From assembly GCA_040754625.1 (NCBI GenBank), contig JBFMCF010000096.1, forward strand, positions 1,651 to 65,650: a stretch of 64,000 nt of DNA, given 5' to 3'. Of the stretch, positions 49,874 through 58,978 are shown in pieces. Source of the stretch: a bacterium (lineage in GTDB: Bacteria; JACRDZ01; JAQUKH01). Numbering within the stretch: the first letter of the stretch is position 1; every line of letters starts with the position of its first letter. The translations under genes were made by a program, and so were the position numbers. The notes under the pieces were generated by a model that made no database searches, was not told the origin of the DNA, and saw only the letters and a list, made by a program, of their open reading frames with translations.

Positions 49874-50075
49874 ATCTATTACACATACTCCTTTATATCG
49901 CCATTCCTGCCCCTCCCTCGAGTGCCAGCAGAATTTTTACGCTCTAACAATTTGCCGAATCCCCTTCAAAACAGTTTTAACATTGTCAGGTACGGCGCTA
50001 CCTGCCTCATCAAATTATTCAAGACCAGATAATTTGTAAATCCTGGATTCGTATTTATGCTTTCCATTAACTCAT

Positions 50076-50648
50076 TTATCCTTTTATCGCTTCAACGTTA
50101 AGGGCAACAAATTTACCTTTAAACCATTCACTGTCAGGCAAAATTTTATTTTTTTTATCTCTGTAGGGCATGTAATTTAAACTCCAGTCACGCACTTGCG
50201 CGTGTTCTGTCTTATTACGGTCATACCGCCGCACATTTACAAACCCAACAGACAATAAATCTTTCTTAAGTGTTTTAAAATCCCAGCACCAATAATGATA
50301 ATTACCGGGATTATCCTGCCCTCCATATAATGCGCAGTACATTGTTTCCAAATCCTTTGTTTTCATATAGTATTCACATAGAGACTCAAAATCAGGCACA
50401 CTAAGCCTCAATATTCCGCCCTTTTTTAATAAATCATACCATCTTTTCAACGCCGGCATATATTCCCACCTGCCCAAATGTTCAAGCACATTACTGCCAT
50501 AAATTAAATCAACTGAGTTTTCTTCAAATTTTCTTAAATGCCTGACATTATCCACAGCATCAACATTGGGCAAATAATTTGAATCAATATTGATAAAACC
50601 ATCGATGCGAACATTGCCACAACCCAAATGCAATTTCAATTTATCCAT
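50076..50648 (-). CDS. Class I SAM-dependent methyltransferase
   Basis: LHLGCGNVRIDGFINID...VDLIYGSNVLEHL...KKGGILRLSVPD. Confidence 0.55.
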   Translation of the reverse strand: MDKLKLHLGCGNVRIDGFINIDSNYLPNVDAVDNVRHLRKFEENSVDLIYGSNVLEHLGRWEYMPALKRWYDLLKKGGILRLSVPDFESLCEYYMKTKDLETMYCALYGGQDNPGNYHYWCWDFKTLKKDLLSVGFVNVRRYDRNKTEHAQVRDWSLNYMPYRDKKNKILPDSEWFKGKFVALNVEAIKG

Positions 50649-50705
50649 TGTTTTCCCCTGGCTTTCTCTGTTCTAAGCAGGCAACATAGCCTAAAACAGG
50701 TTTTT

Positions 50706-51710
50706 TTATATGAAATTTACTTGATATTTCTTACTGTGTGTGCCGTCAAGAATGATATTTCCTATAATGGTATTAAGCCATTCTTTAGAGCAAAATTTGC
50801 ATTTTTTTGGATTTATGGAAGCTACTAAATCTTTATGTTTTTGAGAACCCCACAAATCATATAATTCCCGCCAATTGTTTCTAGTATAATCGTCCGTAAG
50901 AATATAGCCGGTTCTTACATCGCAACATAAATAAAATTTGTGATTCGCCCCGAAAGTTGCATAAAGTGGAGTCCCCCGGCACACTTCAAATTCATATTGA
51001 ATTGCAGAGTTCTTAGGCAAGGCATCTTTCAAAATATATTTGCATCCCAATGTCTTTGCCAATTGAGGAAGCATTTCGGCATCAGCGTAATTATCTTTTT
51101 GTCTGCATTGAGTTGTCTTTTTCTTGTCTCTGATTCCCATAGTTGGCGAAAGCTCTTTTCTCCCCAGATGAATTTCCTCACACCATCTGATGAATTTGAG
51201 GGAAATTTCCAGGTCCGGAACACTATCACGGATACGTTTGACGTTATTGATAATTCGATGGAAGTTTTTCTCCGAAGATCCTTTCAATTGGCTCCAGGTC
51301 CTTGCAGTGGCTGCATCTAAACTTATACCCAACCAGCTAAGTAAATGCAGATTTTTAACTTTATCAAGCAAAACCCCATTAGTAATCAATCCCATATGGA
51401 TACCGTTTTCATATCCGCTCTGAAAAAGATAATGTATGTCCGGATTCAACGTTGGCTCGCTATCTCCTGCTATCCTCCAGGATTTTATGCCCCATTTTTT
51501 ACAGAACGGTCCCATTTTTTTTATAGTTTCTATAGACATAAATGTTGATTCTTTCGTTTCCTGGCTTGCTCGCTGAGCGCACCATTCGCAATTCAAGTTA
51601 CATGCACCATTTACAGGATCCACATCCGCCATTATGGGTGGCAAAAATTCTCCGTCCAAAATACCTTTAACTCTATCATAGTATCGTAACAATTTTATTT
51701 TCGAATCCAT
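50706..51710 (-). CDS. Radical SAM enzyme with C-terminal Cys-rich (SPASM/twitch-like) region
   Basis: GACNLNCEWC (CxxxCxxC) near the N-terminus. Additional Cys clusters are present (YLCCD, KKCKFC). 334 aa. Confidence 0.65.
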   Translation of the reverse strand: MDSKIKLLRYYDRVKGILDGEFLPPIMADVDPVNGACNLNCEWCAQRASQETKESTFMSIETIKKMGPFCKKWGIKSWRIAGDSEPTLNPDIHYLFQSGYENGIHMGLITNGVLLDKVKNLHLLSWLGISLDAATARTWSQLKGSSEKNFHRIINNVKRIRDSVPDLEISLKFIRWCEEIHLGRKELSPTMGIRDKKKTTQCRQKDNYADAEMLPQLAKTLGCKYILKDALPKNSAIQYEFEVCRGTPLYATFGANHKFYLCCDVRTGYILTDDYTRNNWRELYDLWGSQKHKDLVASINPKKCKFCSKEWLNTIIGNIILDGTHSKKYQVNFI

Positions 51711-51751
51711 TTTCTAACTTTCCTCATAACTCACGGCCACATTTTTGGTGT

Positions 51752-52504
51752 TCAACGCGCGCCAGATACAGGAATAATCGAACCTGATACATAAGAAGCC
51801 TCATCGGATAACAACCAGGCTATTGTCCTCGCAACTTCTACCGGCTTACCCATACGGCCCGTCGGCAATGAATGTTTTAGCATTTCTCGCCTTTCTTTAG
51901 CAATACCTTTATGTACATCCGTGTCAATTACACCCGGGCTCACAGCGTTTACTCTGATGTTAAAAGGAGCTAATTCTTTCGCGAATCCTTTCGTGACAAT
52001 ATTTATCGCTGCCTTTGAAGCGGCGTAATGTGTAAGTTTGTTTCCACCGAATATAGCTGCTTCAGAAGAAACATTTACAATACCGCCTCTGCCAATTTTT
52101 TTCATGCGTTTTACTGCCTCTCTAATACAGATAAAAACACCAAATACGTTTAATGAAAAAACTGACGTAAGTGTATCCAAGGTTATTTCTTCACAAACTG
52201 AAAAACCTCCGATATCTCCTGCATTATTTACAAGTGCTGTAACAACCCCATAATTCCTATCTATATACTTAAATAGATTAAGAATATCTTTTTCCTTCCT
52301 AATGTCAGCTTGTATTTGAACTGCTCTGCCACCAGTTTTCAAAATTTCATCTACAACATTCTGGGCTAATTCTATATCTTTGAAATAGTTCACGCATACA
52401 AAATATCCCTTTTCCCCTAACAATTGTGCAGTCGCAGCACCAATACCTTTACTCGCACCTGTCACAAGAGCTATTTCATTGTTCATAGCATGGCCTTTAA
52501 GCAA
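51752..52504 (-). CDS. Short-chain dehydrogenase/reductase (FabG-like classical SDR)
   Basis: ALVTGASKGIGAATA...NNAG...S....Y..SKAA: classical SDR motifs. Confidence 0.75.
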   Translation of the reverse strand: MLKGHAMNNEIALVTGASKGIGAATAQLLGEKGYFVCVNYFKDIELAQNVVDEILKTGGRAVQIQADIRKEKDILNLFKYIDRNYGVVTALVNNAGDIGGFSVCEEITLDTLTSVFSLNVFGVFICIREAVKRMKKIGRGGIVNVSSEAAIFGGNKLTHYAASKAAINIVTKGFAKELAPFNIRVNAVSPGVIDTDVHKGIAKERREMLKHSLPTGRMGKPVEVARTIAWLLSDEASYVSGSIIPVSGAR

Positions 52505-52521
52505 TTCTAATGATAGAAAGC

Positions 52522-53631
52522 TTATTTATCAATAATTTTAGAAACAATTTTATACCACTTTTGATATTCAACAAAAAATTGCTTTATCATTTCTTTTTCA
52601 ACAGCACCACGTATTTTCATTTTTCCCAAATCTTGTTGGCAATTTTTAATTAATTCGCCAAGTGCTTCAAAATAAGTATTTTTTGTCAACTCAGCGTTCC
52701 GAAGCAATAAAACAAAGTCATCAGCCGCACGATTATTTATTAATTCTATGTCCAAATCATCCCATAAATCATGCATATTTCTTATTTGCCTTACTAAGGG
52801 TTGGCCAAAAGTTATAACATGACCAAAATGTCCGGCAAGTTTGTTAATTAAATATGCTGTCCATATATCTCCGTTCCTCAAAGTTGATAGTGGCCTATAA
52901 TATAAAGGTATTAATTCACGACATAAGGATGTGTTTTGATAATTAAACGGAGACCATGTTCCCGGGTAAAGACCAAACTGTTGATCAAAATCAGATTTCA
53001 TACCAGTGGCACGTATAGGCCAAAATAATCGTGAAATAGCATCTATATCGGGATCTTCGAGCACTAATCCCTGATTTGCAACCACTTTGACTTTTTTTGA
53101 ACTGTATGTTTTTTTACTTGCCTCAGGATTTCTTTGTTTCCATGGAAAACCTCTAGGATAAAAAGGAATATTATGTTCCTCTTCCAACGCACTATGGACA
53201 TTAAACCATCCCGAACTATTCTTAATCAACTTCAGATTGGCTTCTGTGCCGGTCACAGAATGAAATCCCACGAAATCATGTTCAGTTGTATAATTATCGT
53301 CATCAACTGCAATCAGCCTGTCACATCCTCTCATATAACTAAGCATACCGCCTAACATAATTCGATCGGGTGTATTGTATGGAAAAAGTTCCAGCAGGTC
53401 TTTATGTTTGAATAAAGCTTTTTTCTGACCTTCAATGCTTAAATATTCAATATCAAATTTGAATTTATCAGCTATTTTTTTGCAATATTCTTCAGTTTCA
53501 GCTGGTGTTTTAACATCGCCAATAACAAGAATTGAGACATCTAATCTATTATAATTTATTAAATTTTGACAAATTCCTTTTATAAATTCTGGAACATTTA
53601 TAGTAGTAATAGTTATCGCTGTCTTGCCCAT
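52522..53631 (-). CDS. GT75 / reversibly-glycosylated-polypeptide-like protein (UDP-L-arabinopyranose mutase family homolog)
   Basis: Blocks are collinear with the plant RGP proteins as I recall them: ITITTINVPEF vs LDIVIPTIRNLDF; LIAVDDDNY vs IFTIDDDCF; NQGLVLEDPDIDAISRL vs SHGLWLNIPDYDAPTQL; NGDIWTAYLINKLAGHFG vs YDDMWAGWCVKVICDHLG. A strong RBS (AAGGAG) precedes the start. Confidence 0.5.
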   Translation of the reverse strand: MGKTAITITTINVPEFIKGICQNLINYNRLDVSILVIGDVKTPAETEEYCKKIADKFKFDIEYLSIEGQKKALFKHKDLLELFPYNTPDRIMLGGMLSYMRGCDRLIAVDDDNYTTEHDFVGFHSVTGTEANLKLIKNSSGWFNVHSALEEEHNIPFYPRGFPWKQRNPEASKKTYSSKKVKVVANQGLVLEDPDIDAISRLFWPIRATGMKSDFDQQFGLYPGTWSPFNYQNTSLCRELIPLYYRPLSTLRNGDIWTAYLINKLAGHFGHVITFGQPLVRQIRNMHDLWDDLDIELINNRAADDFVLLLRNAELTKNTYFEALGELIKNCQQDLGKMKIRGAVEKEMIKQFFVEYQKWYKIVSKIIDK

Positions 53632-53919
53632 CTAAAAAATCTCCTTTTCAGTTTATTAATTATAAATTTATTTTACAATAACCAACTATGCAAATATTTT
53701 AATATTCTCCCCTCCTCCCATAATACATCTTCATAATTAACTTTCAACTGATTCGTTATAGCCAGTGCAATATAACAATTCTTTCATTCCTTGTCAACAG
53801 GAATTTTAAATGAAAGTATCCTCATTTTTAAAATAATGATTAGAATGGATAATATAATTTTTTTAATAAATCAGGAACCTTGTGAATATTTTATCGTTGA
53901 ATAATGATTAGCTTTTAAG

Positions 53920-55437
53920 TCAAGTTGGCAGTATACGCAGTTTCTGGATAACTCCCTTAATTTCACACCTGAAATTCATTGAAACCAAGTAAATAAGACA
54001 ACTATATAAAAAACAAAATACCGCCACCAGAGCGAAAAATCGAAACCAGTTTTCCGGGTAACACCATGAGAATCCCAAAGTTAAAGAAACCATAACGGCC
54101 AAAGCCAAAAAACCTTCATACATGATATTCTTACGATCTTGAACAGACAATTTAAGCAACCTGGAAAAAGTTCGGGAATAATACCAAGCTGAAACTGCAA
54201 GTATTGCGACTGATGGGGCAAGTACTGTGCCAAGCAAACCAAAATATTTAGTTCCAAAAATCACTAAAGGGATAAATACCAGTGACTGCACCAGACCTGC
54301 TAAACTGTTTCCTTTAATATTGCCAAGAGCCATACAAATGTTCCCAAAACAGTTTGCAGTAAAAGTAAAAATAAGTGACACACAAATTATCAGATTGATG
54401 GTTTTACCGGCAAACAGATACGGGCCAACCCAAAGCCTTACAAAATCATCGTTTAAGGCAATAAGGCCTCCAACAGTTAAACAAAGTATCCAAAGCAGCA
54501 TGTGTATTAAACGAATCAGGACTTTTCGCGCTTTGTCAATTTCACCCGAACCAGTCAAGTGAGAAATAGCAGGCATAAAAGCTACACTCGGCTGGTTGAC
54601 AAATTCCTTGCTATAATCAGGAGCTTTACGGGTCAGGGATAAAATTGTAACCGTCTCCGGACCCAGAAACCGGGAAACAACAAACAAATCCACGTTATTA
54701 GCAAGTATACCAGATACGCGTCCCAGAAATGTATACGATAAAAGTTTTGTTAAAGCAGAAATGTTATTAAACGAAAATTTAAATCCTATTTTTTCATCCG
54801 TCAATCTCCAAATAAGGTATGTGCCTTGTCCCAATGTATAGAATACTCCACCAAAGATCGAAGCAATAGCTATGGCAAGCAAGCCAAAACCTTTATAAAG
54901 CAAAACGGCAGTCAGAACAGTCATAAGTGCAGTGACAATAAAATTTGTAAGTCCAAATCCCAGACTGCTTTGAAAACCCTGGTTAATGGCAGAAATTGAA
55001 AAAGAGAAAACTGTTAGAGAAGTTCCAATCACCGCGATAGAAAATGCCTGTACTATTAACGATTTATCTATACCGGGAGGCAGGCTAAGAAACAACGGTA
55101 AATAGGGAGCAATGATAAAACCAATAGCAATTATGGAAATCGAAATAACGCCAGCAATAAACAACCCGCCTCCTAAAAGTTCGCGTATGGTTTGATAATC
55201 CCGTTTTCCATAAGCGGAACCTATTCGTTGCTGTAATACAACAGTCAGCCCAGGATCAAAAAACGAAAACCATATAAGAACATTCCCGCTGGCAAGCCAT
55301 GCTCCATAAACATCAGTTGGAATAAATTTGAGATAAAGAGGAACCATGATAACGCCCGAAACAATTGCCAATAGAATCGATCCGTATCGGATAAAAAGGT
55401 TCCATGTGGTAGTTTTTTTTCGGCTTCTAATATACAT
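53920..55437 (-). CDS. Second Wzx/polysaccharide-biosynthesis (MOP-family) flippase
   Basis: 505 aa, about 14 TM. N-terminus LFIRYGSILLAIVSGVIMVPLYLKFIPTDVYGAWLASGNVL is typical of PST/Wzx exporters. Confidence 0.6.
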   Translation of the reverse strand: MYIRSRKKTTTWNLFIRYGSILLAIVSGVIMVPLYLKFIPTDVYGAWLASGNVLIWFSFFDPGLTVVLQQRIGSAYGKRDYQTIRELLGGGLFIAGVISISIIAIGFIIAPYLPLFLSLPPGIDKSLIVQAFSIAVIGTSLTVFSFSISAINQGFQSSLGFGLTNFIVTALMTVLTAVLLYKGFGLLAIAIASIFGGVFYTLGQGTYLIWRLTDEKIGFKFSFNNISALTKLLSYTFLGRVSGILANNVDLFVVSRFLGPETVTILSLTRKAPDYSKEFVNQPSVAFMPAISHLTGSGEIDKARKVLIRLIHMLLWILCLTVGGLIALNDDFVRLWVGPYLFAGKTINLIICVSLIFTFTANCFGNICMALGNIKGNSLAGLVQSLVFIPLVIFGTKYFGLLGTVLAPSVAILAVSAWYYSRTFSRLLKLSVQDRKNIMYEGFLALAVMVSLTLGFSWCYPENWFRFFALVAVFCFLYSCLIYLVSMNFRCEIKGVIQKLRILPT

Positions 55438-55582
55438 ATAGTAATAATAAATGAGACGGCATTGTTATATTATTTTATTATTGATACTTACGAAATCCCC
55501 TGGTGCTTTTGTTTTTTTATAGTGCTTCGCCCTCTCAGTTACATTTCTGTAAACAGTAACCAACGATGGGCAATTTAAATTC

Positions 55583-56152
55583 TTAAATTTTTTCAACATC
55601 TGATGCATCTATTTTTAAAGACGCACCATGCATAAGCACGTCCACTGAAATTATTAGTATATGCTGTCCGGACCTTTTTGAAAGAACACCTTCGACTCCT
55701 GAAAGAGGGCCTTTTTTTATCCTCACTCTCTGTCCTTCTTTCAAATAAGGATACGGATCGAGGGGTTCCCGGCTTTCAACAATTCTTCTTAGAAAAATAA
55801 TTTGTTCCTCCGGTACAGGCTCCGGTTCACCATGTTTTATCCCAAGAAATTTCACTACACCCGTTGTCTTCAAAACATTTAACACATTTTGGGGATTTTT
55901 AAGCATATTAACAAAAAGATATCCCGGGAAGAGCGGAAACTTTACCAGTTTTTTTCTATCCTTCCATCTGTTTAGTTTCTCCACAACAGGGAGAAATGTG
56001 TTTATCCCGGTTTCTGTTAACCTCTCCAATACCTTAAACTCATGCCGGGACCTCACATGAATAACATACCAAAAAGCTTTATTAGAAAATTCGAATGGAG
56101 ATTTTCCACTAACAGAATAAAACTTTGAAACCACTCTATCCGATGGATTCAT
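55583..56152 (-). CDS. NusG-family transcription antiterminator paralog (RfaH/UpxY/LoaP-like); start trimmed to the internal Met
   Basis: NGN domain (WYVIHVRSRHEFKV...FPGYLFV) plus a C-terminal KOW (EGQRVRIKKGPLSGVEGVL). The ORF-track N-terminal 39 aa overlap kpsF and look non-coding. Confidence 0.6.
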   Translation of the reverse strand: MNPSDRVVSKFYSVSGKSPFEFSNKAFWYVIHVRSRHEFKVLERLTETGINTFLPVVEKLNRWKDRKKLVKFPLFPGYLFVNMLKNPQNVLNVLKTTGVVKFLGIKHGEPEPVPEEQIIFLRRIVESREPLDPYPYLKEGQRVRIKKGPLSGVEGVLSKRSGQHILIISVDVLMHGASLKIDASDVEKI

Positions 56153-56243
56153 AAAATTGGATAACTTTATTAGTTTTAAAAAATTTTCCGAAGATATATT
56201 AATTTCTTCGATTATAAATGTTAAGAGGTCAAGAATTTTTAAA

Positions 56244-57209
56244 TTATAAACCAATGCTGATAAGATCATGCATTCTGACCATACCTACAACAATTTTTTT
56301 CTTATTTATAACAGGCAAAATTGTTATTGGTTTTTCCCTTTTTTCCATCATTTCCAAAGCTGTAAAAGCTTTCTCATTTTCATAAATAAAAATTGGTTTT
56401 TTATTCATAATATCGTTGATTTTCAATTTAAAAATATCTTTCCCTTTTTCTAGAATTCTTCTTATGTCATAATCCGTTACAAGCCCAATTAATCTACTTT
56501 TTTTATCAATTACTGAAACGGCCCCTGCTTTTTTTTCTGTAATAACCATTAACATTTTGTGAATATTGTCGTATTCGTTAACAACCGGATTCTCCATACC
56601 GCATAACATAATATCCGAAACTAAAAGGTTAAGCCTTTTCCCCAAACGTCCGCCTGGATGAAAAAATGCGAATTCTTCAACCTTGAAATTTCTAAGCTTC
56701 ATTAGTACGACCGCAAATGCGTCCCCAATAACAATTGACACGGTAACGCTTGATGTAGGGGCAAGATTAAAAGGGCATGCTTCTTTAATATCTCCGATAT
56801 TTATTACAATGTCCGAAGTTCTTGCTAAAGGCGAGTTTTTATTGGAAGTTATTGATATAATTTTTACTTTGATTTTTTTAAGGAAAGGAAGCAGGGTGTT
56901 TAATTCGGAACTTTCACCGCTTTTCCCGATAGCAATCACGACATCAGACGAATTTACAATTCCAAGGTCCCCGTGCATAGCTTCCGAGGGATGCATAAAA
57001 ATAGCAGGTGTACCTGTGCTCGCCATTGTGGAAGCAATCTTTTTCGCGGCTATACCTGATTTCCCAATACCTGTTATTATTACCTTTCCCCTGCAATTTA
57101 AAATGGCATTAATCGCTTTTTCAAATTCCCTGCTTACTTCTTTTTTAATATCGGATAGCGCGTTTATTTCAATATCTATGACTTTTTTTATTTCGGCTTG
57201 AATATTCAC
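56244..57209 (-). CDS. kdsD: Arabinose-5-phosphate isomerase (KpsF/KdsD; SIS + tandem CBS)
   Basis: SIS domain GKVIITGIGKSGIAAKKIASTMASTGTPA plus two C-terminal CBS domains; 321 aa. Confidence 0.75.
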   Translation of the reverse strand: MNIQAEIKKVIDIEINALSDIKKEVSREFEKAINAILNCRGKVIITGIGKSGIAAKKIASTMASTGTPAIFMHPSEAMHGDLGIVNSSDVVIAIGKSGESSELNTLLPFLKKIKVKIISITSNKNSPLARTSDIVINIGDIKEACPFNLAPTSSVTVSIVIGDAFAVVLMKLRNFKVEEFAFFHPGGRLGKRLNLLVSDIMLCGMENPVVNEYDNIHKMLMVITEKKAGAVSVIDKKSRLIGLVTDYDIRRILEKGKDIFKLKINDIMNKKPIFIYENEKAFTALEMMEKREKPITILPVINKKKIVVGMVRMHDLISIGL

Positions 57210-57213
57210 AATT

Positions 57214-57738
57214 CTAAATTTTTTGTTTTATTTTGATGACAAAATCACAAAATTCTCTTACAGCGCCCTTCCCTCCGCGGGCTTTTGTAATATGCAGTGA
57301 TATTTTTTTAACTTCAGGATACGCGTCAGCCACACAAACAGGCAAACCAACAATCTGCAGACATTCGAGGTCATTTATATCATTTCCCACGTAAGCTGTT
57401 TTTTCCAAATCAATTCCTATTTTTTTCACTTCCCTTCTAAGAACTATGGCCTTGTGGTCTATTCCCTGTATACAAGGTATTCCTAGTTTTTTACAGCGGA
57501 CCGAAACAACGGGATTGACTTCCTTGGAAATGACAAGCATTTTAAGGCCGATATCTCTCAACATATTCAGCCCTAAACCGTCACTCCTGGAACATAAAAC
57601 ACCTTCTGAACCATCCTGCATAACTAAAACCCTGTTGTCAGTAAATACCCCATCAAAATCAAACACAATTAATTTTATCCCCGCAGCTATTTTCTCAATG
57701 TCTAACATGGATAGCGGTTTAAAATATTTTTTATTCAT
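57214..57738 (-). CDS. kdsC: HAD-IIIA phosphatase, Kdo-8-phosphate phosphatase type
   Basis: IVFDFDGVFTDNRV...NMLRDIGLKMLVISKEVNPVVSVRCKKLGI...YVGNDINDL...GLPVCVADA. Confidence 0.7.
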   Translation of the reverse strand: MNKKYFKPLSMLDIEKIAAGIKLIVFDFDGVFTDNRVLVMQDGSEGVLCSRSDGLGLNMLRDIGLKMLVISKEVNPVVSVRCKKLGIPCIQGIDHKAIVLRREVKKIGIDLEKTAYVGNDINDLECLQIVGLPVCVADAYPEVKKISLHITKARGGKGAVREFCDFVIKIKQKI

Positions 57739-58433
57739 TACTGTTTTTTTTCATTAAGATTTTTTAATCTATTTACTAAGTCATTCTTTTTAATATATTC
57801 AAAAATAAATACAAAAAAAACAGCAAAAACAAGACTGGATATTCCTGTTAAAATAGATTTCTTAATTAATCCTCTTGGCATTCTTGTTTCAGGTGGAACC
57901 GCGCGGTCAATCACCTGGACCAGGGAAATATTTGTGCTTAATTGAAGTTCCCTATTAAAATTATCTAATTTATCCAGATACGAGTTAGCAATTTTTGCAG
58001 ACAATTCCGGATCCTGAGTTATAACATCTAAGGTTATAACACTTCCTTTACCTAACGAAATTGTTGTTATACCTCTAAGCTTTATTCTTGTATCTTCTAA
58101 AAGAGTTTCATTCCATGTTGTTTTCAATTGCAACTCATTAATAATTTTATCCGCCATTTCCCTGCTTTTCAAAATTGAAATTATCAAATCTTCAAGAACC
58201 AATTTGGGTTTTAATACTTCTCCTGCCATATTTTCAGATTTATATTCCTTCACATTTAACGGGAAGAAAGTAACAGAAGCCTTATATTTAAACGGCTGTT
58301 TTAATATATTTATTGCGTTTAAACATACCGATATTAATACTATACCAATAACAATATTTCTATATTTATATATGACCTTAAAATATTCAAATAAATCTAT
58401 TTCCTCTTCTCTGCTGAATTCTTCAACCGGCAT
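57738..58433 (-). CDS. Wzz-like chain-length determinant / polysaccharide co-polymerase (second copy)
   Basis: 231 aa with an N-terminal TM (IVIGIVLISVCLNAI), a periplasmic coiled-coil and a C-terminal TM (ILTGISSLVFAVFFVFIF). Adjacent to wza. Confidence 0.5.
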   Translation of the reverse strand: MPVEEFSREEEIDLFEYFKVIYKYRNIVIGIVLISVCLNAINILKQPFKYKASVTFFPLNVKEYKSENMAGEVLKPKLVLEDLIISILKSREMADKIINELQLKTTWNETLLEDTRIKLRGITTISLGKGSVITLDVITQDPELSAKIANSYLDKLDNFNRELQLSTNISLVQVIDRAVPPETRMPRGLIKKSILTGISSLVFAVFFVFIFEYIKKNDLVNRLKNLNEKKQ

Positions 58434-58534
58434 AAAAATCCTTTTTATAATTTATAATAATCAATTATCTCAATTAAATAATTATCTATGTCAGTCAATC
58501 TATTTTTTAAAATATCTTTTTTAAAAGAATATTT

Positions 58535-58975
58535 TTATCTGCCATTTAAAGCTTCTTTCCTAATCGCTACAATCATGCCTTTCTGCATTTTTTTAAGTAA
58601 AAATTGATAATCCAGATATTGGACTATTGTTTTGCTTTTGAACAAAGATAATTTATCCCTGTCCCGTTCAAAAACCACTCTCCCGTTTTTAATTATCTGA
58701 TAAGACAAAATTTCCCCTGTCTCCTGGAAAATCACCAAATCTATTTCTTTATTCAACAATTTCGCAATATCATTCTTGAACTTAAGTCTGGACATAAAAC
58801 TCTCTTGTTTGTTTTTGTACGGTTCAGTAAGGACAGCTATATCAACATCACTCTCTGGCCTCTGTTTATCTTCAGCGTAAGATACAAAAAGATAAAGAGC
58901 AATTATCTCTTCATTACCCTGGCCGTATTCTTTTAAGATTTTTTCCATATCATTAATCATATTGTTATCTTTCAA
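58535..58975 (-). CDS. Minimal nucleotidyltransferase (MNT / Pol-beta superfamily, antitoxin-like)
   Basis: LFVSYAEDKQRPESDVDIAVL: G.S...D.D NTase motif. 146 aa; no HepT/HEPN partner seen. Confidence 0.5.
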   Translation of the reverse strand: MKDNNMINDMEKILKEYGQGNEEIIALYLFVSYAEDKQRPESDVDIAVLTEPYKNKQESFMSRLKFKNDIAKLLNKEIDLVIFQETGEILSYQIIKNGRVVFERDRDKLSLFKSKTIVQYLDYQFLLKKMQKGMIVAIRKEALNGR

Positions 58976-58978
58976 ATT

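Noticed and set aside
55438-55582. AT-rich 10-bp inverted repeat (aataataaat / atttattatt) in the gap upstream of wzx, considered as an invertible-promoter IR as in Bacteroides capsule loci
   Set aside because: The arms are very short, pure A/T and only 19 bp apart; they are indistinguishable from chance in an AT-rich intergenic region, and there is no adjacent recombinase gene.
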